Shown here: positions 25,301 through 40,300 of the stretch, piece by piece
Numbering within the stretch: position 1 is the stretch's first letter
How the letters are laid out: each line of letters begins with the position of its first letter
NCBI RefSeq assembly: GCF_964355755.1
Contig: NC_092676.1
Span: 3,759,888-3,823,887, forward strand
DNA length: 64,000 bases
Source of the DNA: Antedon mediterranea
Taxonomy: Eukaryota; Animalia; Echinodermata
Reading direction: 5' to 3'
Translations under genes and position numbers: made by a program
Notes under the pieces: model-generated
Database searches by the model: none
Seen by the model: the letters and a program-made list of their open reading frames with translations, nothing else
What the model was told of the DNA's origin: nothing

Positions 25301-28300
25301 ACTGAAATTAACAGAAATTTTCTTTGAAAAACTGGCATATCATCATATGAATTTAAAAATAAAAACAGTAAAAATACACAGAAAATTGCACAACACAGAA
25401 ACAACACATCGGTTGGATAAAAGATTAAACATTAATTATTATATAATAATGATTCAATATTGCACATTAGTGGTAATTAAAATAAGTTTATATGTTTACA
25501 GAATACAGAAATTTATTGGTCCAAAAGGAAATTCGTTTCGTTGAAAAGCTCTCAAATAATAAAAATTACAAGAGTACAATTAACTTAATTTAATGTAGGA
25601 CCATATTTGCTTGAAAAATCACCCATTATTACTAAATCAAACAAACAGATATATATAAGATATAAGCTTATACCCACAACTATAATGTATTTGACAAGAA
25701 AATTTACAGTATGTTAGTAACCCAACCTGCAGAATTGTTACGTTTTATTTTAATATCATAAGATTTTTTTATTTATTTTTACCATATTTAATGAGGATGA
25801 TCCATTCAGCAATTGCTGATCATTAGGGACCCTCAGAGTTTCACAAGACAAACATATACAAGAAGCTCTACATAAACAAAGTCTTATTAAAGTCTTTGAG
25901 AGTGGAGTTGTAATTTTGTCCTTAGAAAAAATCCTGACATGTGACGTGGGCTTGAACCCAGGACCCTTGGAGTGGTAGCCAAGCACCAAGCCACAACTCC
26001 ACTCTAAATTTGTTTTATTCTTTTTATGTAAATATTTCTATGTCAAGAGTTTCTCAATGGTTATTTTTATTTATAACTTTTAGGTGATCCTGCCTCATTG
26101 ATTTACTTTGTACCGTTTTCATGTCTTTGTACTGTATTTGAAAATTGGCGAAATAAATGATATGATAACATACTATGTGTTGGTCCCCAATTATAAGTTC
26201 AACTTTGTATTTATTTTCATAAGTTTATCATAAACCCACCTACTATGAAGTGAAATATGTCCACTCCTCAAATCAAACTTCATATAGGCCACCAGGATGG
26301 GCAAGTAGTATATATTAATTTTAATAACCAGATCTTAATCTTTGTGGTAAGAAGGGTGGAATTAAATTCCTTTGATGTCATCTGAAAAAACAATTGTTGG
26401 AATGTCATCAGGATGTGTGGGAATAAAGAAGAACTGCGGTCACAAAGAATTATTGTCGTCACTAAAGTTTACCTTTAGTGCTAGGCAGTGTATAGTTTTG
26501 TATTAAGGATTTACTGTGTAGGCCCTATATTATAGGTTATAATTTAACCTTGAAATAACTCTTTATTTTAATGAATTGTTTTCTGTGGTTTGGTTTCTAT
26601 TGAAATGATAAAATATTTTGTGATGTCAGTCAATCTCTGTCATATTTTATTGTATTGTTATATAAGTGTTTGTAACAAGTGAAGCATTTGTAGTTGTTGG
26701 AACTTTATGGATATATACTGTACACCTTTAGCTATGATCTCATAGAAAATTGGTATATTTTGGTCAATCAACTACCTGTTTATATTAGGATTTGATTTGA
26801 TTTTTTGGGACATACTTGTCTGAAACAACTATATTGAGAGATAAGAGAATTACACAAGGATAGAAAATTGCTGCCTTTTATTTGTGATTTATAAAATCTG
26901 CGAATTTTGGTTGAGTTTATTGAAGAATAATGGTAGGCTACTTCTAGACTAATAGCTACTGATACAATTTGTACAAAAGCAAAACAACAAGAAATCAGAA
27001 GATAAAGTTGTACAAAAAAAGAACAAATCATTTTTTATTCAAATTAAGGACACAACAATGTTGATTTGAAAAATTTAGTGATTGAATAAATCTAAGAGGA
27101 AACATCAAGAATATATTCTAGAAGCAATTTCAAGTAATATTTTATCGAGGAGTTTATTTTCTTACTAGCGGTACTGACTTTAAACATTTTCAAGATAGCA
27201 TTTTTTTTTTTTTTCTTGATTGCCGTAATTAAAGAATATTTTTACATATTGTACTTTTTAATGTGAACCTGGTTTACGTCACATAAGTACAAGATGTTAC
27301 ATAAAGATCAACGCTGGAAATCTCTAAAGAATTTAAACATTGGTACAATGACTGTTAATAGGTTACAAGGGATATCAGTAGCAATTAAGTGTAAGTTTAA
27401 ATTCTATTGTTTTTGTTTCTTTTTCTTTTTTAACAAAGCTCAAAATATAACATATTCATTTTAAATTGTCTCGCTATATAAACTTTTTTTTTGTGGAAAA
27501 TTTAAGTTAATTTGTTTGTTTGTTTGTTTTGACCATATTTAATGAGGATGATCCATCCAGCAATTGCTGATCTCATTAGGGACCCTCAGAGGTTCACAAG
27601 ACAAACATATACACAAGATGCTCTACATAAACAAAGTCTTATTACAAGTCTTTGGGAGTGAAGTTGTAATTTTGTCCTTAGAAAAAATCCTGACATGTGA
27701 CAGGACCCTTGGAGTGGTTAACCAATATGTTTTAAAATGACACCCATATTTATGACACCCCTATTAAAGGGAACAGTTTGTTTGGTTCCAAAATTAATAG
27801 AAATTCTATAATAGGTGTAGGGGTATAATGACACCAGTATTTTATTAAAGGACAACTTGACCGAGGATATTATATTTTAACAACGTATTAGGGATGTACA
27901 TATGATTTCAGAACAATCGTCGCCGTACAGCCGTCGCCGTAAATTGCTGCGACGTCAAAAATATGGTCTTTGGTCAAGTTGTCCTTTAAAGTATAGCTGT
28001 TAAATGATATTATTTTTGATCTATCAATTTGAAGTGTATAATAAGATTTTCTAAAGCATCCAACAATGGGCGTGGATCAGATAGTCCCGTCGGAAGGCAA
28101 TTAATTGTCCCTAATTATATTAATACTCGATAGGATATGATGAATTGGTTTGGGAATAATTGTTTTGGTATGGTTTAGTAGCAATCAGAAATTACTGAAT
28201 ATCATTTAGTCATTTTAAAGGAAGTTAGAATGAAAGGTTGTGGCATTTAAGAGACATAAATATGTTTCCAATAATAATTAATGTTATTATACTGACAAAT

Positions 28301-31300
28301 TAGCTTAATTCTGTTGTAAAATGGTGTTTAGGTAATCTGTAACTGATTAAGTGAATTGATATTGGTAGTAGGCTACTTATATTTCATTTATGCATGCAGT
28401 CACATTTGTTTTGTTTTTTTTTGTTTTTTTTTCGCTGGAAGTTATTTTACTTCTTTCTCCGATCCCAGAAACATTTACTGTTACCATTTAAGTTATTGTA
28501 AATGTAAGCTGCTTTTATTTCTTGAACTGTTTCTAAATAAATGTTGAATGAATTATTTACGTACTTTACTTTATTTAAGGGTACGTCATTCGGACCCAAT
28601 ATCCTTTTAATAGAGGTTTCCCAGGAATAGGTTTGGCCATATTGTTTAAACTCCTTATATTGATTTCTCGGTAAATTTATTGTATCTTCAATTGGGTGTC
28701 CCCTGAATAAGAGTTGGCCTATAGTGTTGTTGTTTCCTCTTGTTCATATCTTTTGAAAGTGGCCCTCTAATAGAGGTGTCCTGTTCATAGATTTGCCAAA
28801 GAATGGGTTTTCTATTGTATTTTAAACACTAGTGTACCAAAGAACTATATTGTATTTTAAATACTACCTGTGCACAGAGGTTTATTGAGCACACAGCATC
28901 AAACATCTAATGCACAGACAAGATGACACTGGCAGGTCTTGAACCCATGCCATCTCACGTGCCAGTTTTATGCCTTTCCAGTGTGCCATCTGGCTAAAGA
29001 TACGGTGACAATGTACAGTGGTGGCAACGTCTGTTTAATGCCATTTTAAGTGGTTTGTCATCGCTCAAATTATTGATTTGAAAGGCAAGAATTAAAGTTA
29101 ATTAAATTCATATCTATCTTCACGTTAACGACCCTTTAAGTATGACACTTTGCTTGTTCAGGTAGGAAAATAAAATTGGCTTGTTCACTTTCCGAGATTA
29201 ATAACCTTCAGAAGTTCAAGATCTTTTAGCTCCTTAAATATTGCTGTAGTTTTTCAAAATATTCCGTTGTGTTTTTACATACAATTATTAAGTATTATCT
29301 ATATAAAATTTAATTTAATATAATTATAGATTTTGCTACTGGCATCAGTAGTTTTAAAAAAATCAGCAGTTAAAAAAATAGATTAAGGGCATAGTTTGTT
29401 ATGCGTACAAACAGTTTACAAACCAAAATAATTTAATTTTGAAACTTTATATCAGCAAATATGTCAACAATATTTTATTATAACTTACTTAAATTTTGTT
29501 TAAACGTAGTAATAATTAATAAATCCCAAACTGATTTTCATTTTCATAAAATAAAAAAAAAAAAATAATTTCAGTCAACAAATTCCCTATCGTAAGAAGT
29601 TCACAGAAATGCCTCTGTTCCACGGATGATAAGGTCTCTCGAGGCATAATAACGCACTTAAAGCGTATTAATTAGTACCGTGAAGCTTCGACCAGAACCT
29701 ATTCACCTGTAAATATAGAATCATGACACAAAGAGATTGCAAAACACTGTGATATTTGGCAACATATATTTGTTATTCACAGTGTTTGTCCTTGTATTGT
29801 GCGTCATATCAATTCCCGAATATCACCCATTTCTTCGAGAAACATCATTAGAGGAAGAGAGGAGGCACAGATGATCTTATCTACGAAAATTTGGGAGGCG
29901 TACCATATTTAAGAACGTCACTTTTTGTGGGGGTTGTTTGGAGCATGTGTCTGCTACTCACTGATAGGAAATTATGAATCATGATTTTCTTAACCAAGTC
30001 ATCTAAGTTGATTAGCTGTTGTAGGAAACATCTTTTGCAGTGGTGGCTGTCGACTTGTCATTTATAACGGAAATCATGAAGGAAAGAAACTTTAGAAAAG
30101 CGGACAAGCAGACCGTTTAAACGATTGTCAAACTATCTGATAATCTTCGGTATAAAATTCAACAAACATTCCTTATTTGACCCGCACAAAGTGAAAATAC
30201 GGTTATGAGAATCACGGAATATTTTACAAAATGAACGGACTCGTTGATTTCAAAATGAAATCGTCTGTGTTTATGGAAACGTCTTTTTTGAATTGCGGCG
30301 CTATTGTGTTGAACTCGTCGTCGTTCGCTAATAACCCCTTGCTGCACACGTCACACTGCCAGTGCAATTGGTGTAAAGTGGATTTACGAAATTTTTATTT
30401 GAGAAAGGACAAAGTTCGATTTAAACCTAAGTGTAGGTAGAATTACGTTGCAGAATGTTGTTTTTTTTCCATTTCTAGATTGTATTTGATGTTTTTAATG
30501 AAGTATTGTATTTTGTTTCTAGAATAATAGTTGTTTTCTTCATCGAATGTTTTTATCATAAAGGTTTTTTCTGTGAACTTTAACCTCATATGTACCTGTA
30601 TTTTTTAGAGTATTACTCGTTAGTTGTTAGTTTGCTAGTAACTGATTTTAATGAACAATTTGTTTTTTCATTTCTAGATTGTATTTGATGTTTTTTATGA
30701 AGTTTTATCTATTTTGTTTCTAGACTAATAATTACTTTCTGTTCAGTGTCATCAAATGTTTTTATCATAAAAGTTAAAAGGTTTTTCTTGTGAACTTTAA
30801 TCTCATACATCTATTTTTTGAGAGACGTTTAACATTGTGTGTTATTATTATGTTAGCTTAAGTACTGATTTTAATGAATAATTTGTTTTGATTTTCTAGA
30901 TTGTATTATATGCAGTATCATCAAATGTTATTCATCGTAAACATTTTTATTTTTTTTATTTTAACCTCATACACACCTCCATTTGTGATAGAGACATTCA
31001 ACATTTTGAGTGTTACTATTTTGTTATCTCTAGTACTGATTTTAATGAATACTTTGTTTATTTTTTTCAGTATATCAGTTACAATTAAAGGCGCCGAAGC
31101 CTATGAAAGTTATATGTAAAACACCATCTCCTGGAAAACCACCATACTACGGAAAAGAGTAAGTACAGTATTACATTTTACATTTTTACAATTTTTATAT
31201 TTTGGTATATATTATTTTCTCTTTAAAGCTCTGTCTATACTATCAAACTTTATTTGACAAAAAAAATGTGATGTGCCCATATATGGACACAATGATGTCA

Positions 31301-34300
31301 TATCACTACCATATTTGGGCACATCACATTACATCACATTTGGGAAAATAAAGTTTGATAGTGTAGACAGCTTAATGCACGTTTTATTTGTTCTTAATTG
31401 TTGTTATTGTCTTAATTATAATAATTACGTCAACTGTTATAATTTTTATCATCATTATTATTATCATCATTATTTATAATCAATATTATCATTGTCATCA
31501 TTTATCATTATCATCATTGACATAATTTATTGATATCATGATATCTTAATAATCATTGTCAACATCATCATTGTCATCATCATCATTATCATCATCATCA
31601 TTGTCATCATCACATCATCATTATTATCATCATCACATCATCATCATCATCAACATTATCATCATCATCATCAACATTATTGTCATCATCAACCTCATCA
31701 TCATCATCATTGTCACCAACATCATCTCATCATTGTCACCAACATCATCATCATTGTCATCATCATTATCATCATTGTCATCATTTTATTTTCGTTATCT
31801 TCATCATCATCATTTTTGTCATCAAAATATTCTTTCAACATGCATCACTAGTGACATATTTCCCAATATTGTCACATAACCTTTGTAATCTCACCATCAT
31901 CATTTATTGTCATTCAATTATCATCTTTGCCGTCAACATGTTTGTACAGAAACTGGTTCACTATCCATTCTACTACAAACCAGTTCAATCTACATCATCA
32001 CTCATTGTATGCAGCAATGATAGTTACAAATCCACTTAATGATGTACATACAGCCTAAAAGCCATCCATCAACAATCAATCCCTTGTATATAGCAAGGCC
32101 TTGTTGTAGGGAATGCCAATCGAATATGAAGCCTGTGGGATTTTGTATGCTGCTCAACTAAGTTCATTATCTCAGTCAAATTATTGATCACACTCTAAAG
32201 TACACTCATACAACTTTAATTCCTACAAATTGACCCAGATGAGGTCATTGGACTACATTGTATAATCAATATTTATAAATCAATCATTATTTTTTTATTT
32301 ATTTGTTCATTTTTTTGCAACTTTCCAGGTGTTAAACCAAAAGTATTTTTTGAACAGTCAATCAAAAAAAAAATCAAAATCAACATTTAATTATTTATCA
32401 CACTCTAAAGTACACTTATTATACAACTTTAATTCCAACAAATTGACCCTAGATGAGGTCAATGAACTACATTAACCTGTATGATGAATATTCATAAATC
32501 ATTCACAATTTTTTTTTTTTTCATTTTCTTGGAAATTTTAAAATCTATAGACAAATTTTAGAAAATAAATAGCATGTTTGAACGAAAGCCTCTATTGAAC
32601 AAATCTCCAAAACAATTTTATCCCCTGAGTGTCCATAACAATCTGAATTGCTCTATCATCTGAATGATTGATTGCCCTAATTTGATGTCATAATGATTAC
32701 ATTTCTCATCATTAATATTTATAAAGTAAATATTATAAATATTATAGGATTTCATAAAATTCTGATAAGTCAACGCTATATTCATGAACAAACAATTAAA
32801 GACAGATAAAGCCTGGTTCTCAATTGGACGTAACGCAAGTAAATTGACCAATCACAAGCAACAGTTCGGATGATCCATCATATTGTGCAGTGTGCTTTTA
32901 CTTGGGTTGCATTCAAATGGAAACCAATGTTTGATTAAAAGGTGAAAGGTGAATAAGAAATGATTTCAAATTTTACTGGATCAAAAAATTACTTTTTAAA
33001 ACATATTAGCAGGAGTACATACCTAGTTATCCCACCCACTCTCAATCCCGGATGTTTTTATGTCTGATGGGGGACACACAGACAGACTCTATTTGAGAAT
33101 CTGAATACACTGCGCCAACCTGGTACTGATTAAAGTGGCTTTAACACTTGTTCCGCCCTGGCTCCGGCAAATAAAGTTGTGTCTCAATGTTTCGTTTTGG
33201 TGATGCGCCACTTGCTTGCATCAATCCTTTAACTTGATATACATGTATGACATGTCATGAAAACTAAAAAGTTGTTAACGCTGTATGCGCAAACTTGACC
33301 CGAACTTGAGTTGGAGCTGAACATGAGAAGGTGTGAAGACCCGTAATACTCTATGTGAACTTAGATAATAATCTATTGTAACAGACAGTAAGACAATATA
33401 CCATATTCCCATATTGTTTACTCATCAGTCTCTTGGGCCAGATTAGCCGCTATCCCTCATTTAAATACTTTGCTAGCGGCACAATGTATTATTTCTAAAT
33501 GTTATAAGTTAATCAATTAAAAGAGAAATGTAATTAGCTATGAGTTCAAAACAGATCAAGCGTGTAGTACATTACTGCTTATGAAGAGCAGTCGTTATGA
33601 TTCATGATGGTTTGAGAAAGTTGAACTCGTAAATGAGTCTTAAAGTCTTTAACCTAGAATGCTGTCATTAGAGTTTGTTCAATATTTGAGTAATTGGGTC
33701 ATGTTTATTTGCCATATTTAACAGATTTTAGCTGTGAGCACACACACTAGAGTTAAGTGTGCATAAGTGGATACAAAAAGGGACAGCCTAGAACCGTTCT
33801 TCCCCCAACCCCCAACCTTTTAAATTTTTGCAATGCCAAGTTAAGTTCAGTACTTCATTATCCAATCATGGAGGTATAAAAATATCCATGATCCAATGCT
33901 AAAGCTCTGTTTACACTATCAAACTTCATATATGGACATCATGATGTCAAATCACTACCATATTTGACACATCACACTTTTTATCAAACTAGTATAGTGT
34001 AGACAGAGCTTTAGGGCCTCGTGAAAATGTACCAAAAACTACAGGTATGGTAAACTGGTTTTGATATTGCCGTGGTTAGGAAAAGCTCAAAATACCAACT
34101 AAAATAGCATTTTTTTTTCTTCAAAAAATGAAAGAATAATTTCACTTGTTGTTTAGTTAAGAATTGCCAATCCATGGATGTTAAAGAGTTTTGAAAAAAT
34201 TTACAATGACCTTTAAAATGTCTGAACAACATAATGTAATTATTATATCTTCATTTGATGTAATCCTCGGATTATTAGATTATCTGATTATCTATTCCAT

Positions 34301-37300
34301 ATTAACTTTATATCCAGTTAATCCCCTTGACCAAGATAAAACAATATATAATAGAAATCATTAAAAACTAATTGTAGGACTTCAGAACTAATTGATAGTA
34401 GATGAAATGATATTGATTTTCATGGTCAGGGGCTGGTTGGATGTATAAGGTTATATAAACTAGCCTGTCGGGCTAGTAAATCAGTTTTATTACTAGCCCA
34501 AATTCAATTTTACTGACCATGAATACAAAACAAAAACAAATCTTGTTATAGGTGGTTGTTGTTGGAGTGGATCGAGTTGTAATTTGTCAATAGAAAAAAT
34601 CCTGACATATGACAGGACTTGAACCTAGGACCATTGAAGTGGTAGCCAAGCATCATAACCACCAAGCCAGTACAACTCCACTCCTAAATTACTTACGGTA
34701 GACTTACGTCCTTGAGTTACATCTAAATGGTAACCAAGCTGTAATATCATTCCATTTTTTTTATTCTGTTTTGAATTCAAGAGTAGAACAAAATTTGAAA
34801 AAAATTTTAAATTTTAATAATTCTTTTGGAAGTCTAAATCTGCTTTTCAGAGAGCTTAGAGCTCTGTAAAAATTATATATAATAAAGAAAATATACTTCA
34901 GATAATTACACTGTAATATTTGACAATACAAGTGTGCACATTATGTACTCCTTACACTACTACATTGATAGTTAATGCGTTTCAGAACATATTTACCATA
35001 AATAACTTTCATTACATAGTTATTAGCCGCCAGCAGCAATCGTTTGTACAATTTTGTTTGTTAGTTATACGTGTTAAAGGAAGGTCACAACAGCTTTTTA
35101 ATACAAAAAGTGAATTATAAACTAAAATATAGTGAGCATATATTTTACCTTGATATAAATAACAAAGAAAAAAACAAACATTTTTACCTTGATAAACAAA
35201 ACATTATTTAATTCTCTGTATTTAATTCAATATGTAAATTTAACCACAAAAATTAACCACAAATAAATGCAAAATAATTGTGGAATGGTTTATTTTAAAT
35301 GTAAGAATAACAAATAATACTACATTTTTTTTATGTAAACTTTGAATTATTTTAAGCGTGGTTCCTACTAGCGACGCAACGCTTGGACGTAACGCAACGC
35401 AAATGAATTGACCAATCACAAGCGATGGCTTATTCGCTTGTGATTGCTGTCTATAACTTCGCTTGTCATTGGTTAAAACGCTTGCGTTGCGTTTACGTCC
35501 TTGCGTTGCATTCTAATTGGAACCAAGCTTTAGTAGTTGAATGCAGTGTACTCACTGCTTTTATAATAAAAACCCCAACCATCAAGAACAGGAGGTCTGC
35601 AGGTCGGGTGCCAGGGTAGTTTTCTGGAATCTGGGTTCTAGTCCGATCTTACTGCAGTAACTACATTTTGTTTACGTTTTTAACCGATTTACACAAAATT
35701 TATCAAGCTTGTTTCAGGTTTAATCATGCACTGTTTGTTACAGTGACTGGCTCAGAATCTTGTGTATTGAAAAACATTACTTACAACCATACGTTATTGC
35801 AATAAAAAAAATTAACTTTCTGCAGTAACTGCAGTAGAATAATTTTGCCATGATCCCTATAATTTTGCCCTTATATAAATTATAAATTGTAACATTTACT
35901 ACTGCAGTAGAATAATTTTGGCCTTATTTATAAATTGTAACATTTACTACACTGTGCATGCAAATAATAATTATTTAAATATATTATTACTTGTACACTA
36001 ATGTTTTTAAGTGATTTATTGCATATCACAAATAAATTGAAACCAAACCTTTTAAAGAAAGTACAAATACATTTCTGTTGACATTTGCCATGATTTGTTA
36101 TTCCATTTAAAAATAAGTATTGAATTTATGAAAAATTAACAGGAAAAAGAATTATGTAATTTATGTGTTCCAGTTACAGTAATCAAACTATGATCTACAA
36201 AATTATTTATTTGTTGTTATTTAATTTCTACCAATAATAGTTGTGTATTGTGTGAGTGAGTGGCCGAGCGGTTTAGACAGTGTAACCGTAATTGCATAGC
36301 CATAACATCAGCAAGTGTTTGAGGCTCACTAGCTCCGTGGTTCTGGTGGTAGAATTGGTCTTCTCAGTGTACATATCTTATCTAGCTAATGTGCACTTTT
36401 AAGAACCTCGTACATATCTTTCGAGATGAGTAGGGGGTTACCCCGGTGTACTAATACTACACACAGCCACTGTCGCAAACACCCCTCCAACAAAGTTCTA
36501 TATTTGTGGATGCATGGATAAGTGAAAATCTAAATGTGATTAATTGCTTAATTAATGAAATGGGAATAAAAGAGTTGAAACCATCACTGAACAAAGTGAC
36601 TCGATCAAAGAAAAATTGATTAACGAGAGGGGGAGCTTATTTTTTTAGGCTTTTCAGTCTTTGTTACTAATTGTTTTTAAGTATCTGTCACCCTTTGGTG
36701 CTTTATATTTTGTTAATTTTACTCATTTATTCTTGAGAATGGTTCCACGATGGTTTTGAAACGTCAATCTTTTTGTCATTAAATCTTATTTTAAAGTAAT
36801 ATTGTAATGATGTGATTATTAAATTACCAAGTAAATTTGATAATAACATTTCCAAAACATTTTGAATATTACAGAATCTCAGGCAGTAAAACAAAAATAC
36901 AAATGACATTCATTATTTAATGTTTGTTCACTATTGATTTGAACCTGTGACCTAATTACATCAACACTAGCATTAATTGACTGCACCTACCACGCAACAA
37001 TATTCATTTTACATACATAACATGATGCTGTATTATAAATTACAGATTACATATAATCTATTCCATAAAAACATCACATTTAATGCTTTGCGTTCCTAAA
37101 AGCTATTTTATTTTATCGCATTCCGAAAGATATTCTTGATGAATCATAATTTTTTAAACATTATCTTCACATCAGGTATCACGGAGCCGTGTCACGAGAT
37201 GTTGCTGATTGGTTACTGCAAGAGGCAGGCGAGGGGAGCTACCTTGTCAGAGAAAGTCAAAGAGCTCCTGGTAGCTACACATTAGGTTTAAGGTGAGAAA

Positions 37301-40300
37301 AAATATTAAATGTTTATCTACAAAACTCACATTTACACCAAATCAAGTAATTTATAATTTATCTAAAAGCTTATCACATATAAATAGTCGTACACCCATG
37401 TAAAGTTTGGTTGTGGCATTCATATGGTTTTACAAAGACATGATGGCAGTATCCATATATAGCCGTAGTATGCCCATATAAAGTCTTTATATGGGCATAC
37501 TATGGCTATATATGGATACTGTATGGGTAATATCATGGCAGTATCTATAGCCATAGTATGCTCATATAAAGACATGGTAATATCATGGCAGTTTCTATAT
37601 AAAGCCACAGTATGCCCATATAAGGACATGGTAATATCACGGCAGTGTCCATATATAGCCATAGTATGCCCATATAAAAAAGACATGGTAATATCATGGC
37701 AGTATCCATATATAGCCACTGTACCATAATGAAAATTGTATGGCAATATTTATATAGCCATTGTATGCCCCAAAAATGGTAATATTGTGGCAGTAGCTAT
37801 AGTATGACCGTATAAAGACATATTTAATATCATTGCTGTATCAATATATCCCTTGTATGCCCATATACATATGCTTTGTCTTTTAAGGCGAGCGAGTGCG
37901 ATCACTCACCTAACACACTCCTAAACTCCCATAGTGCGATTTACAAAACAAAACACTTGAATTTGGTAAACTTCTACACCAACATACAAACAGCACACCT
38001 ACAGCATCCCTGAATGTATTGAGGGGTTCAATCTGTAATGCACCTATAATTTTCAAAAGACAAGGCCTGCCATATATAACATCAAAGAATATATATCACA
38101 AGAATGAGTATTCCGCGATTTTTGCATGAGAAATTTGTATCAGAGAGCTCCAGTGAGTGATGCCCGCCCTCATAAGGGCGGATGTATACATACTAAATAA
38201 GACTTGATTTAATAGATATTATACATGTCACATTAAATAGAATTATGATAATAGTTTTTGCAATTGTAAACTATTCTATAATACATATTTATTAACAAAC
38301 TAGTGTACATTCACTTTTACAGACAATTATTTACTAACATGCTAAGTTAGTTCACAAAAAAGGCCTAACACAGCAACACCAAAAATCAACGAATCGTTAC
38401 TCAGCACGGCCTATTCTTTACCATTGCCGTGTACTACTCTACGCCCAGTAAATTAAGTATTGTTTTTATGATATAAATTAGTATAAAATACATTTTATTA
38501 ATAGGACAAAATGTTAAATGTCATTAACATTTATTTGTTTTACCAGAAACAAGTTAAATATAGGAATATTATTAAACTATCCTTCGTGAAAACGCGTAAA
38601 CAACAACACGCCCGGTCACGCTATCGTAGCGCCCGGTTGATAAAGCAAACCGTTTATACGGCAGTTTTTACTAAATAAATTGCATAAAACAAACAATTAA
38701 ATATCCAAATAGTATTTAACATGATGTTGGCATGTAGTCGATAACATTTTTTATCATGAAAATACTACCGGTGGTCTAGCCTTTGATTATTGAAACCGTC
38801 ACAAAAAGTTGTATACATCCCAGATACATCCACACTTATGGCGGCGCCCTACCACATGGACAATATTACTGTTACAGGGAAAATCGCGGATTACTCATTC
38901 TTGTGATATATATTCTTTGATAACATATATAAATACTGTATGATGATGTCATCTTGCCCTTAAAAGGCATACTTATTTTGTTAAATGTGATTTCCTTGTA
39001 CAATAACCTAGTGTATTGTGTCACCTTCAACCACTTGATGATGGCTGCATACCTATGAGATTAATACCAAACACTGATGTATTGTTTTAAATAAGATAAA
39101 TGACTTATTTGTTTCTTAATGAGCTCATGCTTGAAATATTCTCTCAAAGGACAGTAATAGAATACATCTTTAAAATGAGTAAACCATTAAATGCATTTTC
39201 CTGTTGATCGATATTGAATGTAAACTATAGAGGGGGCATGGATAAATTAGTTAGGACTGCATGCTTAGACTCAAGGGTCTGCAACATTTATTTCCAAAAT
39301 ACATAGCCATTTGCCTGCGGTATAAAAACATTTTAATATATAAAATTATAAGCAATATTGAATTAATTATTTTTTTTTTTTTGTTCAAAGAATATTAAAT
39401 GTAGGAATAATTTTCATAATATTTCTGGAAGATACTAAAGTAATGAAATTATTGTTAATTTATTATATCACAATCTACATTGAAGTGATCTTTTGGTATA
39501 AAATTTTAATTTTTTTTTGTAGGTATGGTGGTATGACGAGAAACTATAAACTGTTCTATGACGGAATGCACTACATAGCAGATAAACGGTTCAACTCAAT
39601 GAACGATTTGGTAGAGGACGGACTAATCCACTTTTATATGGAGGATAAGGCAGCTGATTATATTAAAGTAAACAATGGAATATTCTATTTTTTTATATTA
39701 TTTATTTTTTCTTTCATTCTCAATGGTCCCTTTAAGAGGTAATGTCAACTGAAAAAATAATTCTAAATTTTTTTTTTAATATGCCATTTTAATGTTACAT
39801 AATAAATATCCACTTTGGCAAAAATTGTATCGAAAAACAATTATTTACCTGAAAATCTTAAATTTAAAGCAAACAATAGTCAAATTGGCTGCAAGCAAAT
39901 GGGTTTTTGGTTGAATTTAACTATTTATTTTGTCATTTTATACTACTTTTTTTGTGTTTTTTTTTCTACGGAAGTGATTAACTTTATTCTTTAATCTTCA
40001 TTTTTCATGTTTTTGAGGAACAATATATCTTTAAACAATAGTAAAAAAAAGGTAAATAATTTTATAACTTTTTTTAAAGGTCATGGATGCTGAGCCAATC
40101 TACGATAAACATTCAAAATATGCAACCGTGCGATTACCACGGCAACGGAGCTCGGTGGACAACATGGACCAACACCACAACTTTAGTAGCCACAGGTTAG
40201 AAGACGAAAGACCACCGGAATACAACAACCAATCAGTGGTTGGTAATAGTTTTGATTTATATATACATTTATACTTGGTAACCTCTTCAGTCAAAGACTG

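Noticed and set aside
31556-32039. His/Ser/Ile homopolymer ORFs
   Set aside because: Translations of an (ATC)n microsatellite.
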